Below are positions 37,588 to 44,719 of a DNA stretch of 64,000 nucleotides, piece after piece. The notes below the pieces were generated by a model. The model saw only the letters and a program-made list of their open reading frames with translations, searched no databases and had not been told where the DNA came from. The translations under genes were made by a program, and so were the position numbers. This DNA is from an uncultured Chloroflexia bacterium (lineage in GTDB: Bacteria > Chloroflexota > Limnocylindria > Limnocylindrales > CSP1-4), in contig CAWBQM010000001.1 of NCBI GenBank assembly GCA_963790955.1, positions 262,285 through 326,284 of the forward strand, given 5' to 3'. Positions within the stretch are counted from its first letter, which is position 1. Every line of letters begins with the position of its first letter.

Positions 37588-38841
37588 CTACCGCCATGCG
37601 AACAGAGACTTGCGGGGCGCCGTCTTTGGAGCATCTTCCCGCTCGGGCGCACTGACGCGCTCGCCGGCGACGGCGGTCGCCAGCCGAAGGATGTCCTGAG
37701 AGACCTGCGCCTCGCGGTTGGAGATGAAGAACGGGACGCCACGGTTGAGGGCGTAGACCACGCTTCGACCGTCGCTCACGATGGTGTGGTTGACCTTGCG
37801 CCCGATCGACTGCTCGACGTCCGCGATACGGATGCCGAGGGCCGAATCGGCCCGGTTGAGGACGAGCTGGACCTTGCTCTGCTCGTAGCCCAGCTGCTCG
37901 GCGACCTCGAGGAACAGCCGCATGTTCTTGATGCTCGTGATCTCGAGGCTGAGCATCGTCAGGATCACGTCGGCCGTGTCGAGGATGGCCAGCGTCGTGT
38001 CGTTGAACTGGCTCGTGCAATCGACGATGACCAGGTCGTGGTCGGCCCGGAGCGCCTCGATGATGCGTTTCACGGCGTTCGTCGTGACCAGCTCGGCCAT
38101 CTCGGGCGACGGCGGCGCGAGGAGCACGCGGACGCCCGAGCTGTGGCTGATGACGAACGTGTCGAGCGATTCCGGCTCGCCGCCGGCCTCGATCTCGGGC
38201 ACGAGGTCCGCGATGGACTTGTTCTTGGGGTTGAGGTTGAGCAGGACGCCGACGTCGCCGAACTGGAACGAGGCATCGACGAGAACGACCTTCTTGCCGA
38301 TCTCCTGCGCCGCGGCGACGGCGAGGTTGACCGCGACCGTCGTCCGGCCCACGCCGCCCTTCGGGCTGAACACGGCCACGACGGTCCCGTCGTACTGGCC
38401 GCCGCCGGCCGCGGCCGAGGGGGCGGTGCTCGCCGGCGCCATGACCATGCGGCTCTGCTTCTCGCGCTCGCGCGAATACACCTGGCGGATCGACGCGGTG
38501 AGCTCGTCCGAGCTGAACGGCTTGACGAGGAACTCGCGTGCGCCCGCGAGCATCGAGCGGCGCAGGTAGTCGGCCTCGCCCTGGACGGACATCATGATGA
38601 CGGACGCGGTCGGGACCCGGGCCGAGAGCTGCTCGGTCGCGGTGATGCCGTCCATGTCCGGCATGTTGATGTCCATCAGGACGACGTCCGGTGTCAGCCG
38701 GGCGGCCATCTCGATCGCCTCCGCACCGGAGGCGGCCGCTCCCGCGACTTCGATGTCGGACTCGAAGCCGAGCAGCTTGCCGAGATGATCCCGGGTCTCC
38801 GGGATGTCGTCGACGATCAGGACGCGGATCTGGTCGGCCAT
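37588..38841 (-). CDS. cpaE: CpaE/TadZ: receiver domain plus MinD/ParA-like ATPase
   Basis: Receiver 'LIVDD...VLMDINMPDMDG...LVKPF'; deviant Walker A 'SPKGGVGRTT'. Confidence 0.9.
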   Translation of the reverse strand: MADQIRVLIVDDIPETRDHLGKLLGFESDIEVAGAAASGAEAIEMAARLTPDVVLMDINMPDMDGITATEQLSARVPTASVIMMSVQGEADYLRRSMLAGAREFLVKPFSSDELTASIRQVYSREREKQSRMVMAPASTAPSAAAGGGQYDGTVVAVFSPKGGVGRTTVAVNLAVAAAQEIGKKVVLVDASFQFGDVGVLLNLNPKNKSIADLVPEIEAGGEPESLDTFVISHSSGVRVLLAPPSPEMAELVTTNAVKRIIEALRADHDLVIVDCTSQFNDTTLAILDTADVILTMLSLEITSIKNMRLFLEVAEQLGYEQSKVQLVLNRADSALGIRIADVEQSIGRKVNHTIVSDGRSVVYALNRGVPFFISNREAQVSQDILRLATAVAGERVSAPEREDAPKTAPRKSLFAWR

Positions 38842-39000
38842 CGTGGGGCTTGTCGTTCCGCTCGTGGTGGGTGGCTCATTGGTTGACGTCCGGGTGCTGC
38901 CGGAGGAGCGGACGGGCGCGTGATCCGGTCGGATCGTCGCGCCCGTCGGGCCGCTGGTCCAGTCTCGTGCCGGGGCTCGCCGGCGTGTGTTTCTGGCTGG

Positions 39001-39909
39001 TTATCGCCTCGCGCCGGCCGGCAGGACGGTCTCGACCAGCTCCGGCGGGAGGACCTTGTAGTCGTCGACGAGCACCTTCAGCGTGATGCCCGTCGTGGTG
39101 TCGGGCGCCGGGATGACCGGGTTGCCCGTCGTCGGGTCGTGGAAATCCTTGGGCGAGCGCAGGGTCAGCGTAATCGAGCCGTCCAACTGCGCGTACTTGA
39201 TGAGCTCGGACTGCTGGGCGGTGACGGCCAGGACGACGATCTCCTGCTGGCCGTTGAGAGCCGTGGTCTGGCCGGTGGTGCCCGATGGCTGTGGCTGTTG
39301 CTGCTGCTCGGCGGTCGTGGTCGGCGGTGGCAGCAGGGTGCCGAGCACCTGTGCGCCCTGGATGAGAACCTTGATGCTGGTGCCATTCAGGCCCGCCACG
39401 GCCTGGATCGAACTGTCGGTCGGGTTGACGGTGACGACCGGGAACTTGTCCCCGGTCAGGCCGAGGACCAGATCGACCCAGTCGCCCGGCTGGATGACGG
39501 TGCCCACGCCCGAGACCTGGTCGACCTGGACCGCGATCCCGCGCAGACCCGCGGGCACGGTCAGGTTCCCGATCTGGCCGGCGCCCGAGCCGAAGTCGCT
39601 GCTGGTCAGCTGCTTACCCTGCTTGACGTCCGCGCGCACCGTCCGGCCGATCAGCAGGGACGTGTCGGCAAACGCGGTGGCGTCACGCGACGTGGGCGGG
39701 ATGTTCTTGATCTCGAGCGAGCTGGCCGCCACTGCCTGGGTGAGCTCTGTCCCGAGCGGGATGTCCGTCTTCGCGAAGACCGCGGGGACGTCCGCGACCT
39801 CGTTGCTGGGACCCGTTGAGGGCTGCTGGCTGACGAGAATGATTCCAACGAACGCGACGACCGCGAGAAAGATCCCAATGAGCAGGATCAGACGATTCGA
39901 CCGCTTCAA
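39001..39909 (-). CDS. cpaB: Flp pilus assembly protein CpaB/RcpC
   Basis: TTG start after GGGAGG; N-terminal TM, SAF domain, 'VPAGLRGIAVQVDQVSGVG..IQPGDWVD', 'ITLTLRS'. Confidence 0.9.
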   Translation of the reverse strand: MKRSNRLILLIGIFLAVVAFVGIILVSQQPSTGPSNEVADVPAVFAKTDIPLGTELTQAVAASSLEIKNIPPTSRDATAFADTSLLIGRTVRADVKQGKQLTSSDFGSGAGQIGNLTVPAGLRGIAVQVDQVSGVGTVIQPGDWVDLVLGLTGDKFPVVTVNPTDSSIQAVAGLNGTSIKVLIQGAQVLGTLLPPPTTTAEQQQQPQPSGTTGQTTALNGQQEIVVLAVTAQQSELIKYAQLDGSITLTLRSPKDFHDPTTGNPVIPAPDTTTGITLKVLVDDYKVLPPELVETVLPAGARR

Positions 39910-39929
39910 GTGATTGGCCTCCCCGAGCC

Positions 39930-39970
39930 GTGTGACAGGTGGCATCACGCGTGTGACAGGTGGCACCACG
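39930..39970. repeat. 21-bp tandem direct repeat just upstream of the cpaB RBS
   Basis: cgtgtgacaggtggcatcacg / cgtgtgacaggtggcaccacg (one mismatch). An extended -10 (TGGTATAGT, minus strand, about 39996-40004) lies further upstream. Confidence 0.8.
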
Positions 39971-40218
39971 ATAGCATCGCGACAAGGCCGCGCGACTATA
40001 CCAAAGGGCTAGTACCGCTAGGAGGAATTGGCGGGTTCCTGAGCACGCGGCAAGGTGCTCTGCAAGGTCCGGACCTCCGTGGCGTGCGGGTGGCCGGGCG
40101 CGCCCGCATTGACGCCGATTCCGGGGCCGCCAGGGACGCCTTGGGCCCGGTACCGATCGTGCTCGTCGACCGCTCGGGCATGGCCCTGGCGCCGCCCATT
40201 CGATCTCCCGGGTGACGC

Positions 40219-40252
40219 AAAACGGCCGGAGCTCAGAGGAGCTCCGGCCGTT
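40219..40252 (-). terminator. Intrinsic terminator after flp copy 1
   Basis: 14-bp stem aacggccggagctc-agag-gagctccggccgtt, with U-tract on the minus strand. Confidence 0.75.
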
Positions 40253-40272
40253 CGATCAGCGTGTCGAGGGCG

Positions 40273-40443
40273 TCAGACGGAATGCCCGACGTCGCTCAGG
40301 ATCTTCGAGACCTGGCCGCCCAGGAAGATGAGGGCGATGATCGCGACGATCGCGATGAGGGCGAGGATCAGCGCGTACTCCGCGAGACCCTGGCCTTCCT
40401 CGTCCCGACGAAGGGACGCGATGAGAGCCGAGATGAATGCCAT
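40273..40443 (-). CDS. flp: Flp family type IVb pilin, copy 1 (56 aa, not in ORF track)
   Basis: MAFISALIASLRRDEEG-QGLAEYALILALIAIVAIIALIFLGGQVSKILSDVGHSV; strong RBS GGAGG. Confidence 0.93.
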   Translation of the reverse strand: MAFISALIASLRRDEEGQGLAEYALILALIAIVAIIALIFLGGQVSKILSDVGHSV

Positions 40444-40500
40444 TGGATTCGTTTCCTCCTTTCCTCGAAACTACCACCCCGAATCGGGGGGCTCGCGGAC

Positions 40501-40530
40501 AGTAGGCGTCCGCCGTGGCTCATGTCAAGT
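40501..40530 (-). promoter_or_regulatory. Sigma70-type promoter of flp copy 1
   Basis: TTGACA - 18 nt - TACTGT on the minus strand. Confidence 0.6.
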
Positions 40531-40620
40531 CGGTGACGCTACCTAATTGCACCGCCTGGACGCGTCGGTGCACCGCATATCCGCGCCACCCCATTTCCGG
40601 GATGTCCAACCGAGAATCAG

Positions 40621-40651
40621 TGAAGCCGCCGGAGCGTGTCCGGCGGCTTCA
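40621..40651 (-). terminator. Hairpin after flp copy 2
   Basis: tgaagccgccgga-gcgtg-tccggcggcttca (13-bp perfect stem). Confidence 0.7.
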
Positions 40652-40672
40652 CCAGCGAGCGCCTCGTGGGCG

Positions 40673-40858
40673 TCAGACGGAATGCCCGACGTCGCTCAGG
40701 ATCTTCGAGACCTGGCCGCCCAGGAAGATGAGGGCGATGATCGCGACGATCGCGATGAGGGCGAGGATCAGCGCGTACTCCGCGAGACCCTGGCCTTCCT
40801 CGTCCCGACGAAGGGACGCGATGAGCCACTGAAGCATCTGCATCTCCAATCTAGACAT
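40673..40858 (-). CDS. flp: Flp pilin, copy 2
   Basis: '...LIASLRRDEEGQGLAEYALILAL...'; mature part identical to copy 1. Confidence 0.93.
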   Translation of the reverse strand: MSRLEMQMLQWLIASLRRDEEGQGLAEYALILALIAIVAIIALIFLGGQVSKILSDVGHSV

Positions 40859-40883
40859 GGGGTCCGGCCTAATCCAGGTACAG

Positions 40884-40917
40884 GACGGCCGCCGGGTTCG
40901 AGAACCGGGCGGCCGTC
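40884..40917 (-). terminator. Hairpin after flp copy 3
   Basis: gacggccgcc...ggcggccgtc stem. Confidence 0.6.
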
Positions 40918-40933
40918 ATCGTGGCTGAACCGG

Positions 40934-41104
40934 CTAGACCGAGTGGCCGACGTTGCTCAGGATCTGGCTGACCTGGCCGCCCAGGAAGATGAGGGCGATG
41001 ATCGCGACGATCGCGATGAGGGCGAGGATCAGCGCGTACTCCGCGAGACCCTGGCCTTCCTCGTCCCGACGAAGGGACGAGAGAAGCGTGTTGATGAGCG
41101 CCAT
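40934..41104 (-). CDS. flp: Flp pilin, copy 3
   Basis: MALINTLLSSLRRDEEG-QGLAEY...QVSQILSNVGHSV; two substitutions relative to copies 1 and 2. Confidence 0.93.
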   Translation of the reverse strand: MALINTLLSSLRRDEEGQGLAEYALILALIAIVAIIALIFLGGQVSQILSNVGHSV

Positions 41105-41308
41105 GCGGCTGCCTCCTGGAAGATGAGTACCCACCCCCGGATGAGGGCGCGGCAAAGATAGATGAGGCGCTATGCGATGGCCACTAGCCAGATGGTACCG
41201 GCGCCTGGCGGCCGAGCAGCCATCCCCAACAACGGTCCGGCCGCCCTGTGTTGATTGCGGTGGACTTCCGAGCTTGCCGTCGCGGCGTCCTGGCCGAGTC
41301 GAGCAGAC

Positions 41309-42403
41309 CTACGCGGTGGGCGAGACGATCTCGCCCTGGGCGGGCGTCCTCAGCAAGCCCGGGCCCAGAACGTAGTAGCGACCGCGCTTCTCGCCGGTCG
41401 CCAGCAGCCAGCCGCCCGTCACTGCGGCGTCGAGGTCGCGGGTGGTGCTCTGGGGAGAGCGACCCGTCAGCTCGATGTAGTCGCCGGCTCGTATGTGTCG
41501 ATTGACCCAGGCGTAGGCCAAACCGTCGATCATCGCCGACGGGAGCGATCCATCGGCAATCGCCCGGCGGATCTCGACCATGACTTGGCCGAGACCGCGG
41601 ATCCGCTCCAGGACGTCGTCGGCAGACCGTGTCAGCGAGGTCACGAAGTAACGGGCGAAAGGCGTAGCGTCATATCCGGGGGCGTAGTCCTGGCCCACGG
41701 CAGCGCGAATCGCCGCGAAGTAGGCGGAGCGATCGAGATCGAGCTGGGCATCGAGCGACACCAGGCCGCCGAGGGCGTAGCCGTGCTCAACGAGGATCAG
41801 TCTCGCGATCGCGCGGGCCGTCCGCCCATTGCCATCGTTGAACGGGTGGATCGCGACGAACTCGAGGTGCGCCAGGGCGGCAGCGACCGGAGGAGCATGT
41901 CGCTTGGTCGCTGTCCCAAGCCAGGCCGCGAACTCGTGCATGAGCTCGGGAACGTCGCCGGAGGGTGGCGTGCTGAAGATCGGATTGCCATCGGCGTCCA
42001 CCACACGGTTCTCCCCGCGGCGATACTCCCCGGAGGTGAGGAGCGGACTCTGGTTCCAGAGCACCCGCCGGTGAAGCTCCCTGATGACGGCTTCATCGGG
42101 TACGACGCGACGGGCGGCGAGCTCGTCGGCCAGAATGAGGGCATCCCGCGTGCCGATGATTTCGCGGGCTTCCTTGTTGCTGACCTTCGTCGAACCGTCG
42201 CCCGCAAGCAGTGCCTCGACCTCGACATCAGAGGCTGTGTTCCCCTCGATCCGCGCCGTGCCGCGAATGGTTCGCACCCATGCGCGACGACGCAGCCACC
42301 CCGCGTGGGTGGGGTCGATAGGCAGGTTGTCGAAGAGCCAGCGCCGCTGGTCGAGCTCGACGAGTGGTTTGGTGAGGGCTCGGCCCCGTAGTCGATACCG
42401 CAC
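41309..42403 (-). CDS. Class II Fic protein with C-terminal winged helix
   Basis: Catalytic 'HPFNDGNGRTAR', N-terminal autoinhibitory 'TARIEG', C-terminal 'QSTTRDLDAAVTGGWLLATGEKRGRYY'. GTG 42403 is the probable start. Confidence 0.9.
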   Translation of the reverse strand: MRYRLRGRALTKPLVELDQRRWLFDNLPIDPTHAGWLRRRAWVRTIRGTARIEGNTASDVEVEALLAGDGSTKVSNKEAREIIGTRDALILADELAARRVVPDEAVIRELHRRVLWNQSPLLTSGEYRRGENRVVDADGNPIFSTPPSGDVPELMHEFAAWLGTATKRHAPPVAAALAHLEFVAIHPFNDGNGRTARAIARLILVEHGYALGGLVSLDAQLDLDRSAYFAAIRAAVGQDYAPGYDATPFARYFVTSLTRSADDVLERIRGLGQVMVEIRRAIADGSLPSAMIDGLAYAWVNRHIRAGDYIELTGRSPQSTTRDLDAAVTGGWLLATGEKRGRYYVLGPGLLRTPAQGEIVSPTA

Positions 42404-42411
42404 AGGGACTC

Positions 42412-42452
42412 CGGTAATAGTCAGCAGTATTACCGTGGGCGGTAAAATGTCA
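42412..42452 (-). promoter_or_regulatory. Fic promoter/operator
   Basis: Perfect dyad cggtaata-N8-tattaccg (42412-42435) next to TTGACA (minus strand, 42447-42452). Confidence 0.6.
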
Positions 42453-42534
42453 AGGTATTGCCGCGTCAGAGCGCTCATCAGCGAAGCGCCCACGGCAATC
42501 AACACAGGGCGGTTCCCGCGTCCGCGCGAGGATT

Positions 42535-42744
42535 TCAGCGAGTCGCCTGGTCGATCGCGTTGCCGACGAGCTGGAGCGCGTCCGAGACGGCCTGACCGAA
42601 GAACACGAGGATGACCAGGGCCAGGATCGCCGACAGGCCGAGGATGAGCCCGTATTCGACGAGGCCCTGCCCGGCGGCGGCACGACACCTGACGGGATCC
42701 AGACGCCGGTGGAGGGCCGCACGCAGGCCCGCCGCGGCGGGCAT
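42535..42744 (-). CDS. flp: Flp pilin, copy 4 (divergent), translationally coupled to the upstream pseudokinase
   Basis: 'AAG-QGLVEYGLILGLSAILALVILVFFG'; TGATG stop/start overlap at 42742-42746. Confidence 0.85.
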   Translation of the reverse strand: MPAAAGLRAALHRRLDPVRCRAAAGQGLVEYGLILGLSAILALVILVFFGQAVSDALQLVGNAIDQATR

Positions 42745-43929
42745 CAGATCTCCGGCGCCTCCGGGATGTCCGTGACGAGGCGCAGCCCGGCACCCTCGTC
42801 GAGCAGCTCGGCGGACAGCCCCAGGGTGGCCGCCCGGGCTGAGATCTCGCGCCAGACCGGTGGCGGCAGGGTCGCCTGGCTCGCGGAACGCGCCGCCTCC
42901 GCGGCCGCGACGGCGCCGGCGCGACGGTCCTCGATCATGGCGGCGAGGGCCGGTGGCAGATCCTTGTCCGGTGCGGCCACGTCGGGCGGCGCCGGTTGCT
43001 CCTCGACCTCCCGGTACGCGCGGACCTCGCATTCCAGCCGCTCGTCGGCCCAGTCCAGGCGGATCGCCACGCGATCGGGTCGGGCATCGAGATAGGCGGC
43101 CAGCGCCTCGTCGAGGATCCGGAACAGCCCGCTCTCGATCTCCATCGACAGGCGCCGGTCGGAGCCTTGCGACGTGACCTCGACCGGGATCTGGCCGCGC
43201 CGGCCGCGCTCGCGCGCCGAGCGACGGATCGTCGGCACCAGGCCGAGGTCGTCGAGGACCATCGGTCGCACGTCGAAGATGAACGACTTGGTCGCGTCGA
43301 GCGTCTGCTGGACCATCGCGACGAGGAGCTTGATCTCGGCGCGTGCCTGCTCGGCGTCACGACCCAGCATGCGATCCACGATCTCGGCCTGGAGGACGAT
43401 GTTGGTCAGGCTCTGGGCCGGTCCGTCATGCATCGCCCGGGCGATCTCGCGGCGCAGGTCCTCCTGCGCGCCGAGCATGAGGCGCGACACGGACGGTGAA
43501 AGGGGCGCGCCCGGCGCGACCGCGACCGCCGTGCCCGACTCGCCCGGGACCCCGGTGGACGGCCCTTCGGCCTGCCCGGCGGACGCGAGCGCCTCGGCGT
43601 AGCCGGCCAGGCCGTCGCGATAGCGCGCGCAGCGCCCGTTGCTTGCCATCGAGGACGTCGACCTGGGCCTCCATGACCGCGGCCCGGCGGGTGAGCGGGA
43701 CGAGCTGCGCGTTGAGCTCACCGCGTTCGCCCTGGTCGGCGTCCGGCGCGAGCGCTCCCAGCTTCTCGGCGACGGCGGTCCGGCGCGTCTCGTGCCGGGC
43801 CGCCTCCGTGCGAGCCTGTGTGACGAGCATCTCGATCTCGGTCAGCTCCTTGTCGAGCGCCGCGATCTCGTCGGCGAGGCGCACGGCAAGCGCGGGAGGC
43901 GGATCGTCGGCCGAGGGTGGTTCCGTCAC
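42744..43929 (-). CDS. DegS-like HisKA_3 protein with degenerate ATP-binding domain (pseudokinase); one indel near 43630
   Basis: Coiled-coil N-terminus; H-box 'EIARAMHDGPAQSLTN' intact. N-box reads 'LFRILDEALAAYLDA'; DxGxG and G2 motifs are absent. Confidence 0.8.
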
Positions 43930-43972
43930 GGGCTCGCTCGCGGGGTCGCCGGCAGCTGGGGGCCGCGGATCG

Positions 43973-44719
43973 TCAGTCCTCCGGCATTCGGATCCAGCCC
44001 TGGCGCATCGCGTACACCACGGCCTGGGTCCGGTCGTTGACGGACAGCTTGCGGAGGATCGAGCTCATGTGGTTCTTGACCGTCTGCTCGCTGATCGACA
44101 GCGCGTAGGCGACCTGCTTGTTGGTCATGCCCTGGGCGATGTTGTCGAGGATCTCGACCTCGCGCGGCGACAGCGGCGCGAAGATCGGGGCGGCCTCCTG
44201 GCCGTACACCGCCAGCTCGCGGAACTCCTTGAGCACCCGGGACGCGACGGCGGGCTTGGCGAACACCTTGTCGTTGATCAGGTACTCGCCGTTGCTCACT
44301 CGGCGAATGATCGTGACCAGGTCGTCCGGGCCCACGTCCTTGAGGATGAACGCCGCCGCGCCGGCCTTGATCGCGTCGAACAAGGCCTCCTCGTCCTCGC
44401 TGACGGCGAGCACGATGATCCCGGTCGACGGCAGCTCGCGCTTGATGCGCTGCGTCGTTTCGATGCCGCCGGGCTGTGGCAGCGAGAGGTCCATGAGGAT
44501 GATGTCGGGCGACGTCTCGAGCGCCGCGTCGACCGCCGAGCGTGTGTCGTCCGCCTCGCCGACCACGTCGAAGTCCGGCTCGCGCTCCAGGATGTTGCGC
44601 ATGCCGACGCGGAACAGGGCATGGTGGTCGACCAGCAGGATCTTCGTCCGATCATCCACGCCGCGCCGATCCGGACCGCCCCTCCGGCGTTCCGGCCCGC
44701 TGTAGTCCACCGCGCTCAT
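43973..44719 (-). CDS. NarL/DegU-family response regulator (receiver plus LuxR HTH)
   Basis: 'IILMDLSLP', 'FILKD', 'LSPREVEIL...GMTNKQVAYALSISEQTVKNHMSSILRKL'. Confidence 0.93.
   Translation of the reverse strand: MSAVDYSGPERRRGGPDRRGVDDRTKILLVDHHALFRVGMRNILEREPDFDVVGEADDTRSAVDAALETSPDIILMDLSLPQPGGIETTQRIKRELPSTGIIVLAVSEDEEALFDAIKAGAAAFILKDVGPDDLVTIIRRVSNGEYLINDKVFAKPAVASRVLKEFRELAVYGQEAAPIFAPLSPREVEILDNIAQGMTNKQVAYALSISEQTVKNHMSSILRKLSVNDRTQAVVYAMRQGWIRMPED

Larger units (their letters stand above)
41241..42512. mobile_element. Putative non-autonomous cassette or invertible segment bounded by 23-bp inverted repeats, carrying a Fic gene
   Basis: Left end ccgccctgtgttgattgcggtgg (41241-41263); right end reverse complement ccgccctgtgttgattgccgtgg (42490-42512). 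18 bp perfect, 22/23 overall. No transposase and no clear TSD. Confidence 0.5.

Noticed and set aside
40444-40620. c-di-GMP riboswitch upstream of flp copy 1
   Set aside because: There is only loose resemblance to class II motifs, and the region lies upstream of the predicted promoter. An Rfam scan would be needed.
40268-41080. Pilin repeats as a CRISPR array or an assembly duplication
   Set aside because: The repeats are about 110-160-bp coding sequences with distinct leaders and terminators; no cas genes are present.
44620-44635. Atypical receiver (VDHH instead of VDDH) in the DegU-like regulator
   Set aside because: It is a single-base difference in an error-prone assembly, and the phospho-Asp and Lys are intact. 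It cannot be supported without reads or orthologues.
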